Part shown: positions 43,101 through 51,538 of the stretch, in pieces
How positions within the stretch are numbered: the first letter of the stretch is position 1
Layout: every line of letters begins with the position of its first letter
NCBI GenBank assembly: GCA_050115495.1
Contig: JASFQK010000025.1
Span: forward strand, 1-64,000
Direction: 5' to 3'
Source: Phycisphaerae bacterium
GTDB taxonomy: Bacteria > Planctomycetota > Phycisphaerae > UBA1845 > Fen-1342
DNA length: 64,000 nucleotides
Notes under the pieces: generated by a model
The model's database searches: none
The model's input: only the letters and a program-made list of their open reading frames with translations
What the model was told of the DNA's origin: nothing
Translations under genes and position numbers: made by a program

Positions 43101-46100
43101 CCGAAGACGACGATGACGTTGCTAGTCGGCTCGGCCACGATGCGCAGATCCTGGCTCGCGACCGAGGTGTTGCCGCCGCCGCCCCGCCCCGGGCGCCCCG
43201 TCGTTCCGCCGGCGTAGATCGAACTGACCACGTCGGCGATCGCCGACGCGTCGCCGTACTTGCAGGCGTACGTCTCGGCCTCGGCGATGGCGCCTTCGAT
43301 GTCCAGGCGCTGGATCTGGTCGAGGACCTTCTCCACGTCCTTGGCTTCGGCGGTGAAGATGATCGTGTTGGTGCGCGGGTCGCCGGAGATGGTCACCGGA
43401 CCCAGGGACCCGGGCGAACCGGCGCTGCCGCGACCGCCGCGGCCACCGCCGCCGCTCGTCGCCGCCGCGAAGACTTCCTGAAGCAGCGGCAGCACGTCGT
43501 CGACGCGCTTGGCGTTCAGCAACTCGTAGTGGTAGATGCCCACCACGTCGCGGCCTTCGAGCTGCTCGAGCTCGGTAATGACCTCTTCAATAAGCTGCAT
43601 GACCTCCGGCGGAGCGGAGACCATCAGCGAGTTGGTCACGGCGTTGGCCACAATCTCAACGCTCTCGACCTTGGCCCCGCCCTCCACGCCGGCGACGGCC
43701 ACCGTTTGCTGCTGAAGCATCTCCAGCAACTGCTGCTGCGCGTTGCCGCCGCGTCGGTTCGTGCGGGGGGCGCTGCTGCCGCGCCGTTGCTGGACCTTGT
43801 TAATGCCCAGCACTTCCCTGATGTTCCCAGCCGTCTCCTGGGCATCGAGGTTGTACAACTGGAAGACCTTGATCTCGACCTTTCCCGGCGGAATGTCCAA
43901 TTCGCGGAGAAGCTGCTTGATCTCGGGCAGGTCGCTCTCCTGGCACTTGATAATAAGGTAGTTGTGGCCCGGGTCGGTGGCGATGCGGACGCGCTCGCCG
44001 GAGGTGGTCCGGCCGCTCCGCCCGCCGGACTGCCGGCCACCGACCATGCCGCGGAACTGGTCCATCATGCCGCCCTGGTCGCGGCCCTGCTGATCGCCCC
44101 GGCCGCGCTGCATCATCTGCTGCATCTGCTGCTGCATTTGTTGCATCTGCTGCATCTGCTGCGGCAGGCGCAGCGTCTGCCGGTCGTTGAACATGATCTG
44201 CACGACCTCGGCGGCCGCGGCCACGTCGCCGTACTTGAACTGGAAGATGCGGATCACCTCGCCGAGGTCCATGTCCTCTTCGAGCATGTCGAGGACGTCC
44301 TCAACCTCGTCAACGTCTTCCTTGGGACCGTAGATGATCGCCGTGTTGTCCGGCTGTATGACGATGCGCGTCTGCTCCTTCTCCAGCGGCGGCTCCTGGC
44401 CGGCGGCCGGCGGCTCGCGCTTCGGCGGCTCCTGGGCCGTAGCAGGCTTCGCTGTCGGGGGCGACGGCCGCCGTCCCGCCGGTTGCGTCGTCGGCGGCTG
44501 ATCGTCGAACAACGCCTCTTCGAAGTCGTCGCCGAGCAGGGCCACGCTCACCGGCAGGCCCAGCTTGAACGGCTGCACGTCCTTGCCCGAAGAACTGCGC
44601 TGCGGTTTGTCCTGCCGCTCCCGGCGCGGCGTCCGCTCCGGCGCCGAGTTCTCTTCCTGCTCCCACGGCAGCGGCTCATCGTCCTCCCACAGCGGCTCGA
44701 CGATCGTCTTCCGCTGCGTCGGCGCCGGCATGTACTGGACGTCGAGGGTGTCACCGCCCATGCGCTCACGCAGGTACGCCACCGCCGCCTCTGTGTCGCC
44801 GGTCAGCTTGCGGATGCGCGCCACGTGCTCGGGGTGAATCCACCTCTCATGCTTGCGGATGGCGGCAACGATACGGTCGTACTCGTTCGGCCGGCACCGC
44901 ACCTTGATGTACTCGCCGAACCAGTCGGCCTCGATCACCGGGCCGCCCTTGTCCTCCGGCGGGAACATCTGGCGCACGTCCCAGGCGAGATCGAAGGCGC
45001 TGCCGCGGAGAACCTCGACGAAGAAGAGCTCCCGCCCGTTCGGGTCGGTCAGCCCGTCGCCCATGTCGATCTCCGCATCCAACTGCGCAACGAAAGCCTC
45101 AATCTGACGCATCTTGCGCTTGTTCGCCGTTATCAGCAGCCGATTGGCCGATTCGTCCGGCGTGATGGTCACCTTGTCCATCGCGGCCCCGCGGCCGCCA
45201 CTCGGGAACAACTGCCCCAGCGTGTCGGCCACGTCGTAGGCACTGCTGTTGCGAAGCTGAAAGATCTGGAGCTCGGGGATCACCTCGCTCTTCGATTCGA
45301 GCTCTTCGATCCACTTCTCCACTTTGGCCATGTCCTCCGGCATGCCCGCCAGGATGATCGAGTTGCTGGCGGCGTCGGCGGTGATCCGCACCGTGGCCGC
45401 GCCACTGCGGGCCCCGGGCGAGCCGGCAGACCGGCCCATCCCGGCAACCACCGTATTCAGCGACTGGCCCATCTGCACGGCATCCGCCTTCTCCAGGGCG
45501 ATGATGTGCACGATGTCGCCGCTCTCCACCTCCTGGTCGACCATGTTGATCAGCTCTTCGGCGAGCTTCTGGTACTCCTCCGGCGCCATGACGAACAGCC
45601 GGTTGCCGACCATGTCGGCCAACACAGCGGTCTGGGCCTGGATCTGCCGAGCAAGCTGACCCTCCGACTGGGCGATGCGAGCCTTGAGCATGGTGTCCAC
45701 GCTCTGGGCCACCTGCTCCGCACGCGAGTTCTTCAATACATACGTGCGGGCGTCGGACTCCGGCATCTTCTGGCTTTCAAACCCGTTGATCAGCCGGTCG
45801 ATGAACGGCATGTGATCCGGCGGAGCGATGACCAGCAGCGTATTGGTGGTCGGCTCCGGGAACGCTCCCGGCCGCATCTGCCCCCGCGCCGGCGCCGGCA
45901 GCACGCTGCTCAGATAAGCCTGCACCTGCCCCGCCACCTGCGCGGCATTGAGCACCTTCAACTCGTACACCTGGATCTTCAGGTCGGCCGGGGCCACGGC
46001 ATCGAGCTGCTCGATGATCGCGAGGATGTCAGTCATCCTGTCCGGCGGAGCCTGCACGACAATGCTGCGGCCGCCCGTAACGTTGAAGGAGATCTCCTGC

Positions 46101-49100
46101 CCCAGTTGGTTCCGCTGGCCGACGCGCCGCGGAACGTATTGGGAATTGAGGATGTTGAGCACCTCGTACGGATCAGCGGTCTTCAGCTCAACGATCTTCA
46201 TCTCGCCCCGGTGCGGATCGACCCGGCTCTCCAGGTCCATCGCCCACTTCTCAATCTCGTGGAAGTCCTCATCCCCGCCGCCGACGATGAGTGAGTTCGT
46301 CAGCGGTTCAGCCGTGATCTGCAGCGTCTTCGCGCGGATCTTCTCGTTGAAGATGTTGTTCAGGACACCGGCCACCGCGTTTGCATCCGCCTTCACCAGC
46401 GAAATCGTGCGCAGACGACTCCCCGCCACCGGCGGCTGGTCCAACTGCGCGATCAGCGCTTTGGCCATGGGCATCACAAACTTCGGCACGTTCAGCACGA
46501 CCTCATTCAGCCGTGGCTCAACCGTGATGCTGATCCGGTCCGCCACCGTCCGCGTTCGCGCCGATTGCGCGACCAGGATCTGGCGAAGCTGGTTACCGAC
46601 GTGCGCCGCATCGGCGTTGACGATCTTCACAAACTCCTGTTCTAGCGCGAGGTCCGCCGTCTCCTTCTCAAACGACGTGATAACCTCGTTGATCCGATCG
46701 AACATGTCCTTCGGCGCACTGACGATCAGCATCTCCGTCGTCTCGTCGTAAGAGAACGTCGCCCGCAGCCTGTCGGGGCGCGGCGGTTCCTTGGAGAAGA
46801 TGCTGTTCAGATTGCTCGCCAACTTGCGCACGTCCAACCCGACTAGCTTGATGGTCTTGTTGACAATGACCGGCTCCGGCTGCTTGACCGGCTCGATGTC
46901 GTACTGGTCGAGCAGTAACAGGCCCTGCTTGACCGCCACATCCGGGCCGTTGATCACCACGCGGTTGGTCCGGGCGTCCGCTGTCACCTTGATTTTCGAA
47001 GCCGCCTGGCGCCCCAGAATGCCCTGCATGTACGTCACGAGTTGCTCACGCAGCCAATTGGCCGCCTCGGTCGCCTGGGCGTAGTTCATCTGGCGAAACT
47101 CGATCCGCGGCTCCGTGCCCTTCTGCGCTTCGGCGTAGTCGGCGATGAGCCGGTCGATCTCCTCCTGCACATCCTTGGAGCATGTAACGACGATCGTCTC
47201 TGCCTGCGTATCCGCGTCAAAACGAGCCACGACGTTGTTGCGAGAACGGAAGGCGTTGCCCAGCTTGCTGGCGATCTGGGCCACGTCCGCCCCCTCCAGC
47301 TTGACCGTCCGAATGATGATCTCGCTACCCTTCGGATCGTCGAGCTGCGCGATGAAGGCCGAGATCTCAGGCATGACGTCCTTCGGCGCCTCGATCACGA
47401 CCTGCGGCCCGGAGGCTACCGCCTTGATCTGCGGACCGACCGGTCGCCCCCCCTTCCGGGATCCGCTACCGTACATGGCCTGCACGGCCGATGCCACTTC
47501 CCGCGACTGGGCGAAACGCAGCGTGAAGAAGCGCTGCTCGGGGAGCTGCGCCCCGACCGCCTCGTCGCGCTCCTGGGCGTAGGCCTTGATCTTTTCCAGC
47601 GTCGCCGTATCGGCCTGGACGATCAGCGAGTTCGTCACGGACTCGGCCTGAATGATGGCCCCGCCGCTTCCGCCGACGGCTCGCCCCGGACGACGGCCAC
47701 TCATGACCCCGCCGAAGAGCTGCATGGCTTCGGTGGCCACCTGCGTGGCGTCGGCGTGGGCCAGGGGCAGAATCTCGTAGCGGCTGCTGTCCTCGCGATC
47801 GAGGGCCTCGATCAGCGGCTTGATCTCGTCGATCGCCGGCTTGATGGCGTACAGCAGCACCGTGCTGCCGTCGGCCTGAATCAAGACCGCCGAGCGGCCC
47901 AGCGCCGGGTGCACGTACTGCCCGCGATACATGTTGTTCAGCAGGCTGGCGATGGACATCGCGTCGCCGAACTGCAGGTCGATCGTCTCCAGGCGCGGCT
48001 TGTTCGAGACCACGCCCTCGTCGAGCACCTGGATGATCTCCTCCACCTTGGTCCAGTCCTCGTCCGAGCAGACCACGATGAGCGTCTGGGCCTCGTCCAG
48101 CGGGATGATCTGGACCTCGGTCGATACCGCCGCCGGCGTCGCTCCGCGCATCCGGTTGAACCGTCCGCGCGTGGGCGTCATGCTGCGCGTGGTGCCGCCG
48201 GACATCAGAACGGGCGTGATGACCTCGGCCACGCGGCTTGGGGCGATGTTCTGGAGCTGCACCATGTGCCGCAGGCCCTCGGGCGTGGCCACGTCCAGCT
48301 CGGCGATGACCTCCTCGATCTGCTGCATCGCCTCGCGCTCGGCGATGATGTGGAACTGATTGTTCGCCTCGTCCAGCACGATGCTGGCCCCACGGCCGCG
48401 GCCGCCGGCCCCGATGTTCTGCACGATCTGGCTGATCGTGGGGAAGACCTGGGCGGCGTCGGCCTGCTCCAGCTTGATCGTCTGGAAGTTGCTCGGCTGA
48501 ACCTTGTCGATTGTCTCCAGCAGTTCGCGGACGCGCTTCTGACCTTCGGCGTTGGCGTAGACGATCAACGAGTTTGTCCGCTCGTCCGCCGCCAGCCGGA
48601 TCGTCTTCTTGGCCCGCTCGAACGTGCCCTCGGCCAGAATGTCCTCAGGCGAGGTCTGCGCCTGTGTGGGCGTCCGGGTCGTCCGTCGCGTCCGCGACGA
48701 TCCTCGCTGCTGCAACTGCCGCAGGCGCTGCCAGGCCGGCGTCGTAGCTGTTGAACCCTGCTCCTGCGAAAAGATCTTGTTCAGCAGGTCGGCGACGTCC
48801 GAGGCGTTGGCGTTCTCGATCACGATGACTTCGGTCTTGAACTCGCCGATATCCGGCTTCGCGTCGACCTTGTCAATAAGGTCCTGAATCTCCTCGAGCT
48901 TGGACGGGATGGCCTTGGCGATGATCGTGTTCGTGCGCTCGTCCGCGACGATGCGGATGTCCCGATCGTCGCCGCCCCCCGTCGTCACTGGAATCATCCG
49001 TCCGGTGCGCGGGTCGCGCTGCAGTTGCATCTGCGGACCGCTGCTCACCTCCAGCAGTTCACGGACGATCCGCTCGACCTCGCTCGCGTTGGTCTTGACG

Positions 49101-50140
49101 TTGAAGATCTTTACCTTTCGCGGGTCACCTTCCTTGATGGCGATGCGGTCCATCAGGTCCAGCACCTTCCGGATCTCCCGCACCGGGCCGGTCATCTTGA
49201 GCTGGTTGGTATCGTCCAGGGCCGAGATGGTCAGCCCCTCCGAAACCATCAGCTCGAACATGGACTGCACACGCGCCGCTGGATGCCCGGTCACAGTCAC
49301 GAACACCGTCACGAAGTCCATCGGCCGCGCCGTGGCCTTCTCGAACTCCTGCCGCGAACCGAAGATCTGTGATTCCTTCACATGCCAGGGCATCTCCGAC
49401 AGCAGCACGACGTAGATGTGGTGCTCTTCCTCAACGAACCGGAAACCCCGCATCTGCATGATGAGGTTCAGTTCGTCGATCGCCTCGTCCTTCGTGAACT
49501 TGTAGTCGCTGTGGTAGGTCAGCGTGCCGCCGATCGCCAGCATGTCCATGTCCGTCATCAGCGGCTTGCCGATGCGATCCGCGAAATACTGGATCACGTC
49601 CTCCCACGGCATGTCGTCGAAGTTGAACCACTCCTCGTCATCCGTGGCGTGGCTCACCGGCTTCGCCGGCCGCATCTCGACCTCGCGTGACCGCTGCATC
49701 TCATCCGGCCTGGGCACGGGCACCACCGGCTGCGTCGCGACGCCGTTCTCCGTCAAGAGCTCGCGCGGCGTGGCCGGCGGATATGGCGGACCGAAAAAGT
49801 CGTCATCCGGATCAACCGCCGGACGCTCCCCACGCGGCGTGACCACGTGCCCCGCCGGTTGTGAACCGGGTGCAGTCGGCGGCGGCTCGCCGGCTTCCTC
49901 CCGCTGCTTCTGCTCCTCAGCCTGCCGGGCCAGCTCCAGGAGGATCCGCATGTCCTCATCGGTATCCGGCTGGCTGGCCGGCTGCGAAGCCGGCGGCTGT
50001 TGCCCGCCGGCCTGCGCGTTCGGCGCCGCCGGCTGCGGTGGCTGGGTATCCTGCGCCGTCGCGAGGCCGATCAGGCCGATCGCAACGACCGCGCTGAGTA
50101 TCGCGCCCCATGCACTGTGTCGAAGGTCTTGCCGCAACAT
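37190..50140 (-). CDS. gspD: Giant secretin (GspD-like, ~4316 aa) with ~40 Secretin_N-like repeats
   Basis: Signal peptide, N0-like domain (FNFDDMPW), repeated I.AD.RTNSL-type units, and a C-terminal secretin domain (PPQVSIEVLIVEV, LSRPHI, GIKLEVTPQI, VVLGGLI, KVPLVGDLPLLGPLFR, ELLVILTPRVV). Confidence 0.93.
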   Translation of the reverse strand: MLRQDLRHSAWGAILSAVVAIGLIGLATAQDTQPPQPAAPNAQAGGQQPPASQPASQPDTDEDMRILLELARQAEEQKQREEAGEPPPTAPGSQPAGHVVTPRGERPAVDPDDDFFGPPYPPATPRELLTENGVATQPVVPVPRPDEMQRSREVEMRPAKPVSHATDDEEWFNFDDMPWEDVIQYFADRIGKPLMTDMDMLAIGGTLTYHSDYKFTKDEAIDELNLIMQMRGFRFVEEEHHIYVVLLSEMPWHVKESQIFGSRQEFEKATARPMDFVTVFVTVTGHPAARVQSMFELMVSEGLTISALDDTNQLKMTGPVREIRKVLDLMDRIAIKEGDPRKVKIFNVKTNASEVERIVRELLEVSSGPQMQLQRDPRTGRMIPVTTGGGDDRDIRIVADERTNTIIAKAIPSKLEEIQDLIDKVDAKPDIGEFKTEVIVIENANASDVADLLNKIFSQEQGSTATTPAWQRLRQLQQRGSSRTRRTTRTPTQAQTSPEDILAEGTFERAKKTIRLAADERTNSLIVYANAEGQKRVRELLETIDKVQPSNFQTIKLEQADAAQVFPTISQIVQNIGAGGRGRGASIVLDEANNQFHIIAEREAMQQIEEVIAELDVATPEGLRHMVQLQNIAPSRVAEVITPVLMSGGTTRSMTPTRGRFNRMRGATPAAVSTEVQIIPLDEAQTLIVVCSDEDWTKVEEIIQVLDEGVVSNKPRLETIDLQFGDAMSIASLLNNMYRGQYVHPALGRSAVLIQADGSTVLLYAIKPAIDEIKPLIEALDREDSSRYEILPLAHADATQVATEAMQLFGGVMSGRRPGRAVGGSGGAIIQAESVTNSLIVQADTATLEKIKAYAQERDEAVGAQLPEQRFFTLRFAQSREVASAVQAMYGSGSRKGGRPVGPQIKAVASGPQVVIEAPKDVMPEISAFIAQLDDPKGSEIIIRTVKLEGADVAQIASKLGNAFRSRNNVVARFDADTQAETIVVTCSKDVQEEIDRLIADYAEAQKGTEPRIEFRQMNYAQATEAANWLREQLVTYMQGILGRQAASKIKVTADARTNRVVINGPDVAVKQGLLLLDQYDIEPVKQPEPVIVNKTIKLVGLDVRKLASNLNSIFSKEPPRPDRLRATFSYDETTEMLIVSAPKDMFDRINEVITSFEKETADLALEQEFVKIVNADAAHVGNQLRQILVAQSARTRTVADRISITVEPRLNEVVLNVPKFVMPMAKALIAQLDQPPVAGSRLRTISLVKADANAVAGVLNNIFNEKIRAKTLQITAEPLTNSLIVGGGDEDFHEIEKWAMDLESRVDPHRGEMKIVELKTADPYEVLNILNSQYVPRRVGQRNQLGQEISFNVTGGRSIVVQAPPDRMTDILAIIEQLDAVAPADLKIQVYELKVLNAAQVAGQVQAYLSSVLPAPARGQMRPGAFPEPTTNTLLVIAPPDHMPFIDRLINGFESQKMPESDARTYVLKNSRAEQVAQSVDTMLKARIAQSEGQLARQIQAQTAVLADMVGNRLFVMAPEEYQKLAEELINMVDQEVESGDIVHIIALEKADAVQMGQSLNTVVAGMGRSAGSPGARSGAATVRITADAASNSIILAGMPEDMAKVEKWIEELESKSEVIPELQIFQLRNSSAYDVADTLGQLFPSGGRGAAMDKVTITPDESANRLLITANKRKMRQIEAFVAQLDAEIDMGDGLTDPNGRELFFVEVLRGSAFDLAWDVRQMFPPEDKGGPVIEADWFGEYIKVRCRPNEYDRIVAAIRKHERWIHPEHVARIRKLTGDTEAAVAYLRERMGGDTLDVQYMPAPTQRKTIVEPLWEDDEPLPWEQEENSAPERTPRRERQDKPQRSSSGKDVQPFKLGLPVSVALLGDDFEEALFDDQPPTTQPAGRRPSPPTAKPATAQEPPKREPPAAGQEPPLEKEQTRIVIQPDNTAIIYGPKEDVDEVEDVLDMLEEDMDLGEVIRIFQFKYGDVAAAAEVVQIMFNDRQTLRLPQQMQQMQQMQQQMQQMMQRGRGDQQGRDQGGMMDQFRGMVGGRQSGGRSGRTTSGERVRIATDPGHNYLIIKCQESDLPEIKQLLRELDIPPGKVEIKVFQLYNLDAQETAGNIREVLGINKVQQRRGSSAPRTNRRGGNAQQQLLEMLQQQTVAVAGVEGGAKVESVEIVANAVTNSLMVSAPPEVMQLIEEVITELEQLEGRDVVGIYHYELLNAKRVDDVLPLLQEVFAAATSGGGGRGGRGSAGSPGSLGPVTISGDPRTNTIIFTAEAKDVEKVLDQIQRLDIEGAIAEAETYACKYGDASAIADVVSSIYAGGTTGRPGRGGGGNTSVASQDLRIVAEPTSNVIVVFGTPDKRAIVLEKIEELDLGDKRDIREIDVIYANPEELADKLLEMFGGTGAATSSRRGPRGSSGSTGGSLVIIGDKNSKKLLVRAPDPTFLQIEDVVATLDQPNEGMQLRRFAVQYADPESLVATLQDALMQFVQMNSFSGRGGGRSMELGFDPFTVVPDTRTKSIIVVGSQQTFAFVESVLATIDVETPADMRRDFRVFVLDKADAEVVAEAINSYASGGSSESAGSMRRGGGRGMMSMMGGGTSMSARELDVQATADVSTNAVMVFGRSDDIDFVAEKVIDMYEESIQFQIATIPVENVKPTEIASFIWQFIDQREQSGGSSRGRGSGGRGAAGESTGPQMVPFDNNQTLVVRGTPRDIEEIRGLVERFDHPDVISPNIAVIKVPLGQDVERLATNVERIVNESEEQDAERTGRTARRVSVEPELYTNTLMVGGDQILFGRVQMVVDQLAAVKADRQVTRVIQLRGRSAQDVQNLINELQQRRGSSGGSRSTPTRSGGSSRRSRGRGDATWPNMRETRESLWPAPTPAGLAPYVSVTMLQPSVGAALVGQWLSDDSEDDPPQAGPKPRPRGTTPARPQRPRAGADKQPKAQPAPVRTTPVKATPKPAAEEPVTDAPQTQPVVEGITGISGELRGDVIVTAIDDHQVILSGDETDIDFIEQILIMMEATAPQALVEVFYVNNAKATALAPVIETAIKARIDVTGIDEQFSINAEGRSNALIVAASETIMEQIAELIEKLDLDPTDRTDFRCVPLQHVRASEAVAKLRPIIEKLNDQREVPKESQATIEADDRSNSVFVVGTLQDVADIERMLEAYDVEIKDDEARASFVRADAMLIQLQNGQATDIAKVLTDMIEAEQDAAREASSGGDRAAKPYVSVIKLRMPDGRELPELDLERPIRIVAEEGTNSLIIFSTPKNNEALTEIVQVFDTLPIGAETELRAISLQYASAEDVASLLEEVFKDKSPLMRPSEGDSQGFKEGVLPPVPPGVTGKGLPYNVVVQHDVRSNTVIVIGRQDAVLLAAGLIAELDKPTQELGMRAYVIELKNIPATSLQEKLSDLLEQRTQALGGKNESRDNAVIIPDDRSNRLVVFATRDVYDMIEELAMELDAPDPYRVVATRYRRLGHADAQKLAGLLEELFDRKKDAEKEQSSEAKDVLSVIADARSNSLILTGTRDYLAEAEALIDNLDQQFDPTVVMKVRPIKLNSAANIATLLQDLVDTALKEQDSNLKGTPIHIASDPLSESLLMAASAEDMVNLDRWVDLLDRPNELGRMMKIVPLRRGSAEDVAKAAETIFKNVGDNDVDVSVTSDPSTNSVVAFGPPALVAEIADFARRLDDTDPGTGAIVRIFKLEQTDAESASDVLSNILEGRGGSVGGSSGGSSGRSTQANEKQVMLLFQRENPGEGLETLKAMRGDVTVIGDLRTNSLVIIAPPESMPLMESLVAVIDVPPDAARIRIFALKNADAEETVNMLNELFERRTAGQSGGSRSGSDESERELTLGGGAGGGREEVSFTTDMRTNSVIAAGTPGYLDLVEQLILQLDTVPMVDRKTIVYPPRNMVAADLATAVKDWSDQEQQRLDELGEDISLAVRQESEVGAIAYEASNRIILSYSPRREEEILRMVRELDQCPPQVSIEVLIVEVSMGNSLELGVEFAFQDLQYVKAGLDDTTTFDYVGGTDVGAAGAGLGGFTFTITGRDFNFLLHTLQSENSLNVLSRPHIVAMDNQPASISVTDSVPYVTGTQTTTGGQISTSVQRSDVGIKLEVTPQINPDGYVRLEIRQEVSDLSDSTIAVGQGLTAPIFNERVAETVVTVQDNETVVLGGLIQTRESKTEQKVPLVGDLPLLGPLFRFQTDDHKRSELLVILTPRVVRTVEDYRELSIEARDHAGIIPDKVKTDPLMRGLRVRPEELMPVDGGELLGPYRSGEPTDQGTEEEQYGPLPPVRLEPRDLGLRYDPNSYDVPMSLFASKD

Positions 50141-50374
50141 CCGTGCACCTCTTCCTGATAAGGCGTCTGAGCCGTCCGTTCCAGAGCGGCTCTCAGGCAC
50201 TGTCATGAACGGCCGCCGCGCTGGCCGGCACGTCCCTCTCCCATCTCTCACAACAACTGATCCGGTCGGGGCCGTCCCCGGAATCCGTCCCGCCCCGAGG
50301 CCCCGGCGACCCGTCAGGTCATCAACTTATACTCACCAACCGCGCCCGGGTCGCACGACCCGGACCCACTCTGC

Positions 50375-51508
50375 TTAACCCGGAGCCAGGGCCAGCTCCA
50401 GCGCCCGCTGAAGCTCCGGCTCGCTCGCCGGATCCAGCTCCCGGCGATCCGCAAACGTGGCTCCCAGGTCGTACACGTAGTACTTGTATCCGAACGATCC
50501 ATCCCGCTCTTCCGCGGGCACCTGCTCCACCATGCCCCGCGGATAGACGAGCACCAGCGTCCCATCCCACACGGGCTCGTTGATGTGGATCCTCTCCGGC
50601 TCCAGGTCCAGCCGGTCATCGTCCCGCACGTACGCCGTCAACACGCCGTCCGTCGACGTCACGCCGATCAGTGTCTTGTTCGGCGGCGGCTCCTCGCGCA
50701 CCACCACTGGCCCCGGCTCCGGCCCGTCGTTGGCGATCGGCGGCGGGTCGGGCGGCGTTGGCGTTGTCCGCGTCGGCGTCCACAGTTTGAAGACGTTCTT
50801 GTCCAGAACGGCCGCGTACTCGTCCGACGGCCGCGGCAACCGCCCCTGCTGCGCCTCGTCCACCGGCTCAGGCCGTTCGATCGCGGCCTGCTCTACATCC
50901 TTGATCTCCGGCAGCACTAGCGCCGTCGCCGTCAGGGTGATGTTGAGCGGCGGGCCGTCCGGTCCGGCGGCCACCGGCTGCTCGTTACGCCGGTTTGACG
51001 GCGCGTTACGTGCCCCGGGGCCGCGGCTCCGCGACGACCGCCTGCTCTCCACCGCCGACAGGTTGATCTGCTCCAGGCGGGCCGGGTACTCCCGGCGGTA
51101 GAAGTCGCACAGGAAGCCGAGCACCTGCTTGAACGTGCCGCGCGTGGTCACCGACAGGCGTACCTCGGTGAAGTGCGTCGACTTCAGCGTGCGGGCCGGC
51201 AGGTTGCGGATCGTGCAGCTTTCGCCCAGCCCATGCGCATCGAGCAGGTTGCTCATGTCCTCGCGGAAGCGCCCCGCCCCGACACCTTCGTTGTGCGCCA
51301 GGGGCTGAATGGCCCCCCAGTCCTCGACTGCACGCTTGGCGTGCACTAGCCGCGTCTCCAGCTCCTGCTTGCGGCTGATCGCTGCCGTCATCTCTTTGTC
51401 GAGATTGTCCCAGCGGTCGATCACCCCCCACTGGATCGCCATCCAGAGCCCGCCGAGAACCAGGATGCCGGCCACACACGCAGCCAGGACTCTCTCGCGT
51501 GGATTCAT
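50375..51508 (-). CDS. GspM/PilO-like inner-membrane protein with a GspC-like C-terminal domain
   Basis: MNPRER + TM + coiled coil + ferredoxin-like segment (RGTFKQVLGFL), Pro-rich linker, then beta-rich LIGVT...AYV domain. Confidence 0.7.
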   Translation of the reverse strand: MNPRERVLAACVAGILVLGGLWMAIQWGVIDRWDNLDKEMTAAISRKQELETRLVHAKRAVEDWGAIQPLAHNEGVGAGRFREDMSNLLDAHGLGESCTIRNLPARTLKSTHFTEVRLSVTTRGTFKQVLGFLCDFYRREYPARLEQINLSAVESRRSSRSRGPGARNAPSNRRNEQPVAAGPDGPPLNITLTATALVLPEIKDVEQAAIERPEPVDEAQQGRLPRPSDEYAAVLDKNVFKLWTPTRTTPTPPDPPPIANDGPEPGPVVVREEPPPNKTLIGVTSTDGVLTAYVRDDDRLDLEPERIHINEPVWDGTLVLVYPRGMVEQVPAEERDGSFGYKYYVYDLGATFADRRELDPASEPELQRALELALAPG

Positions 51509-51538
51509 CAACACACTCCGTAGGCAACCACCGTGGGC

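Noticed and set aside
40097..46294. 2065-aa plus-strand ORF and other long antisense ORFs (15520..17931, 36428..38494, 24878..26614, 52968..54836)
   Set aside because: Shadow frames opposite well-supported high-GC genes, with no recognisable motifs.
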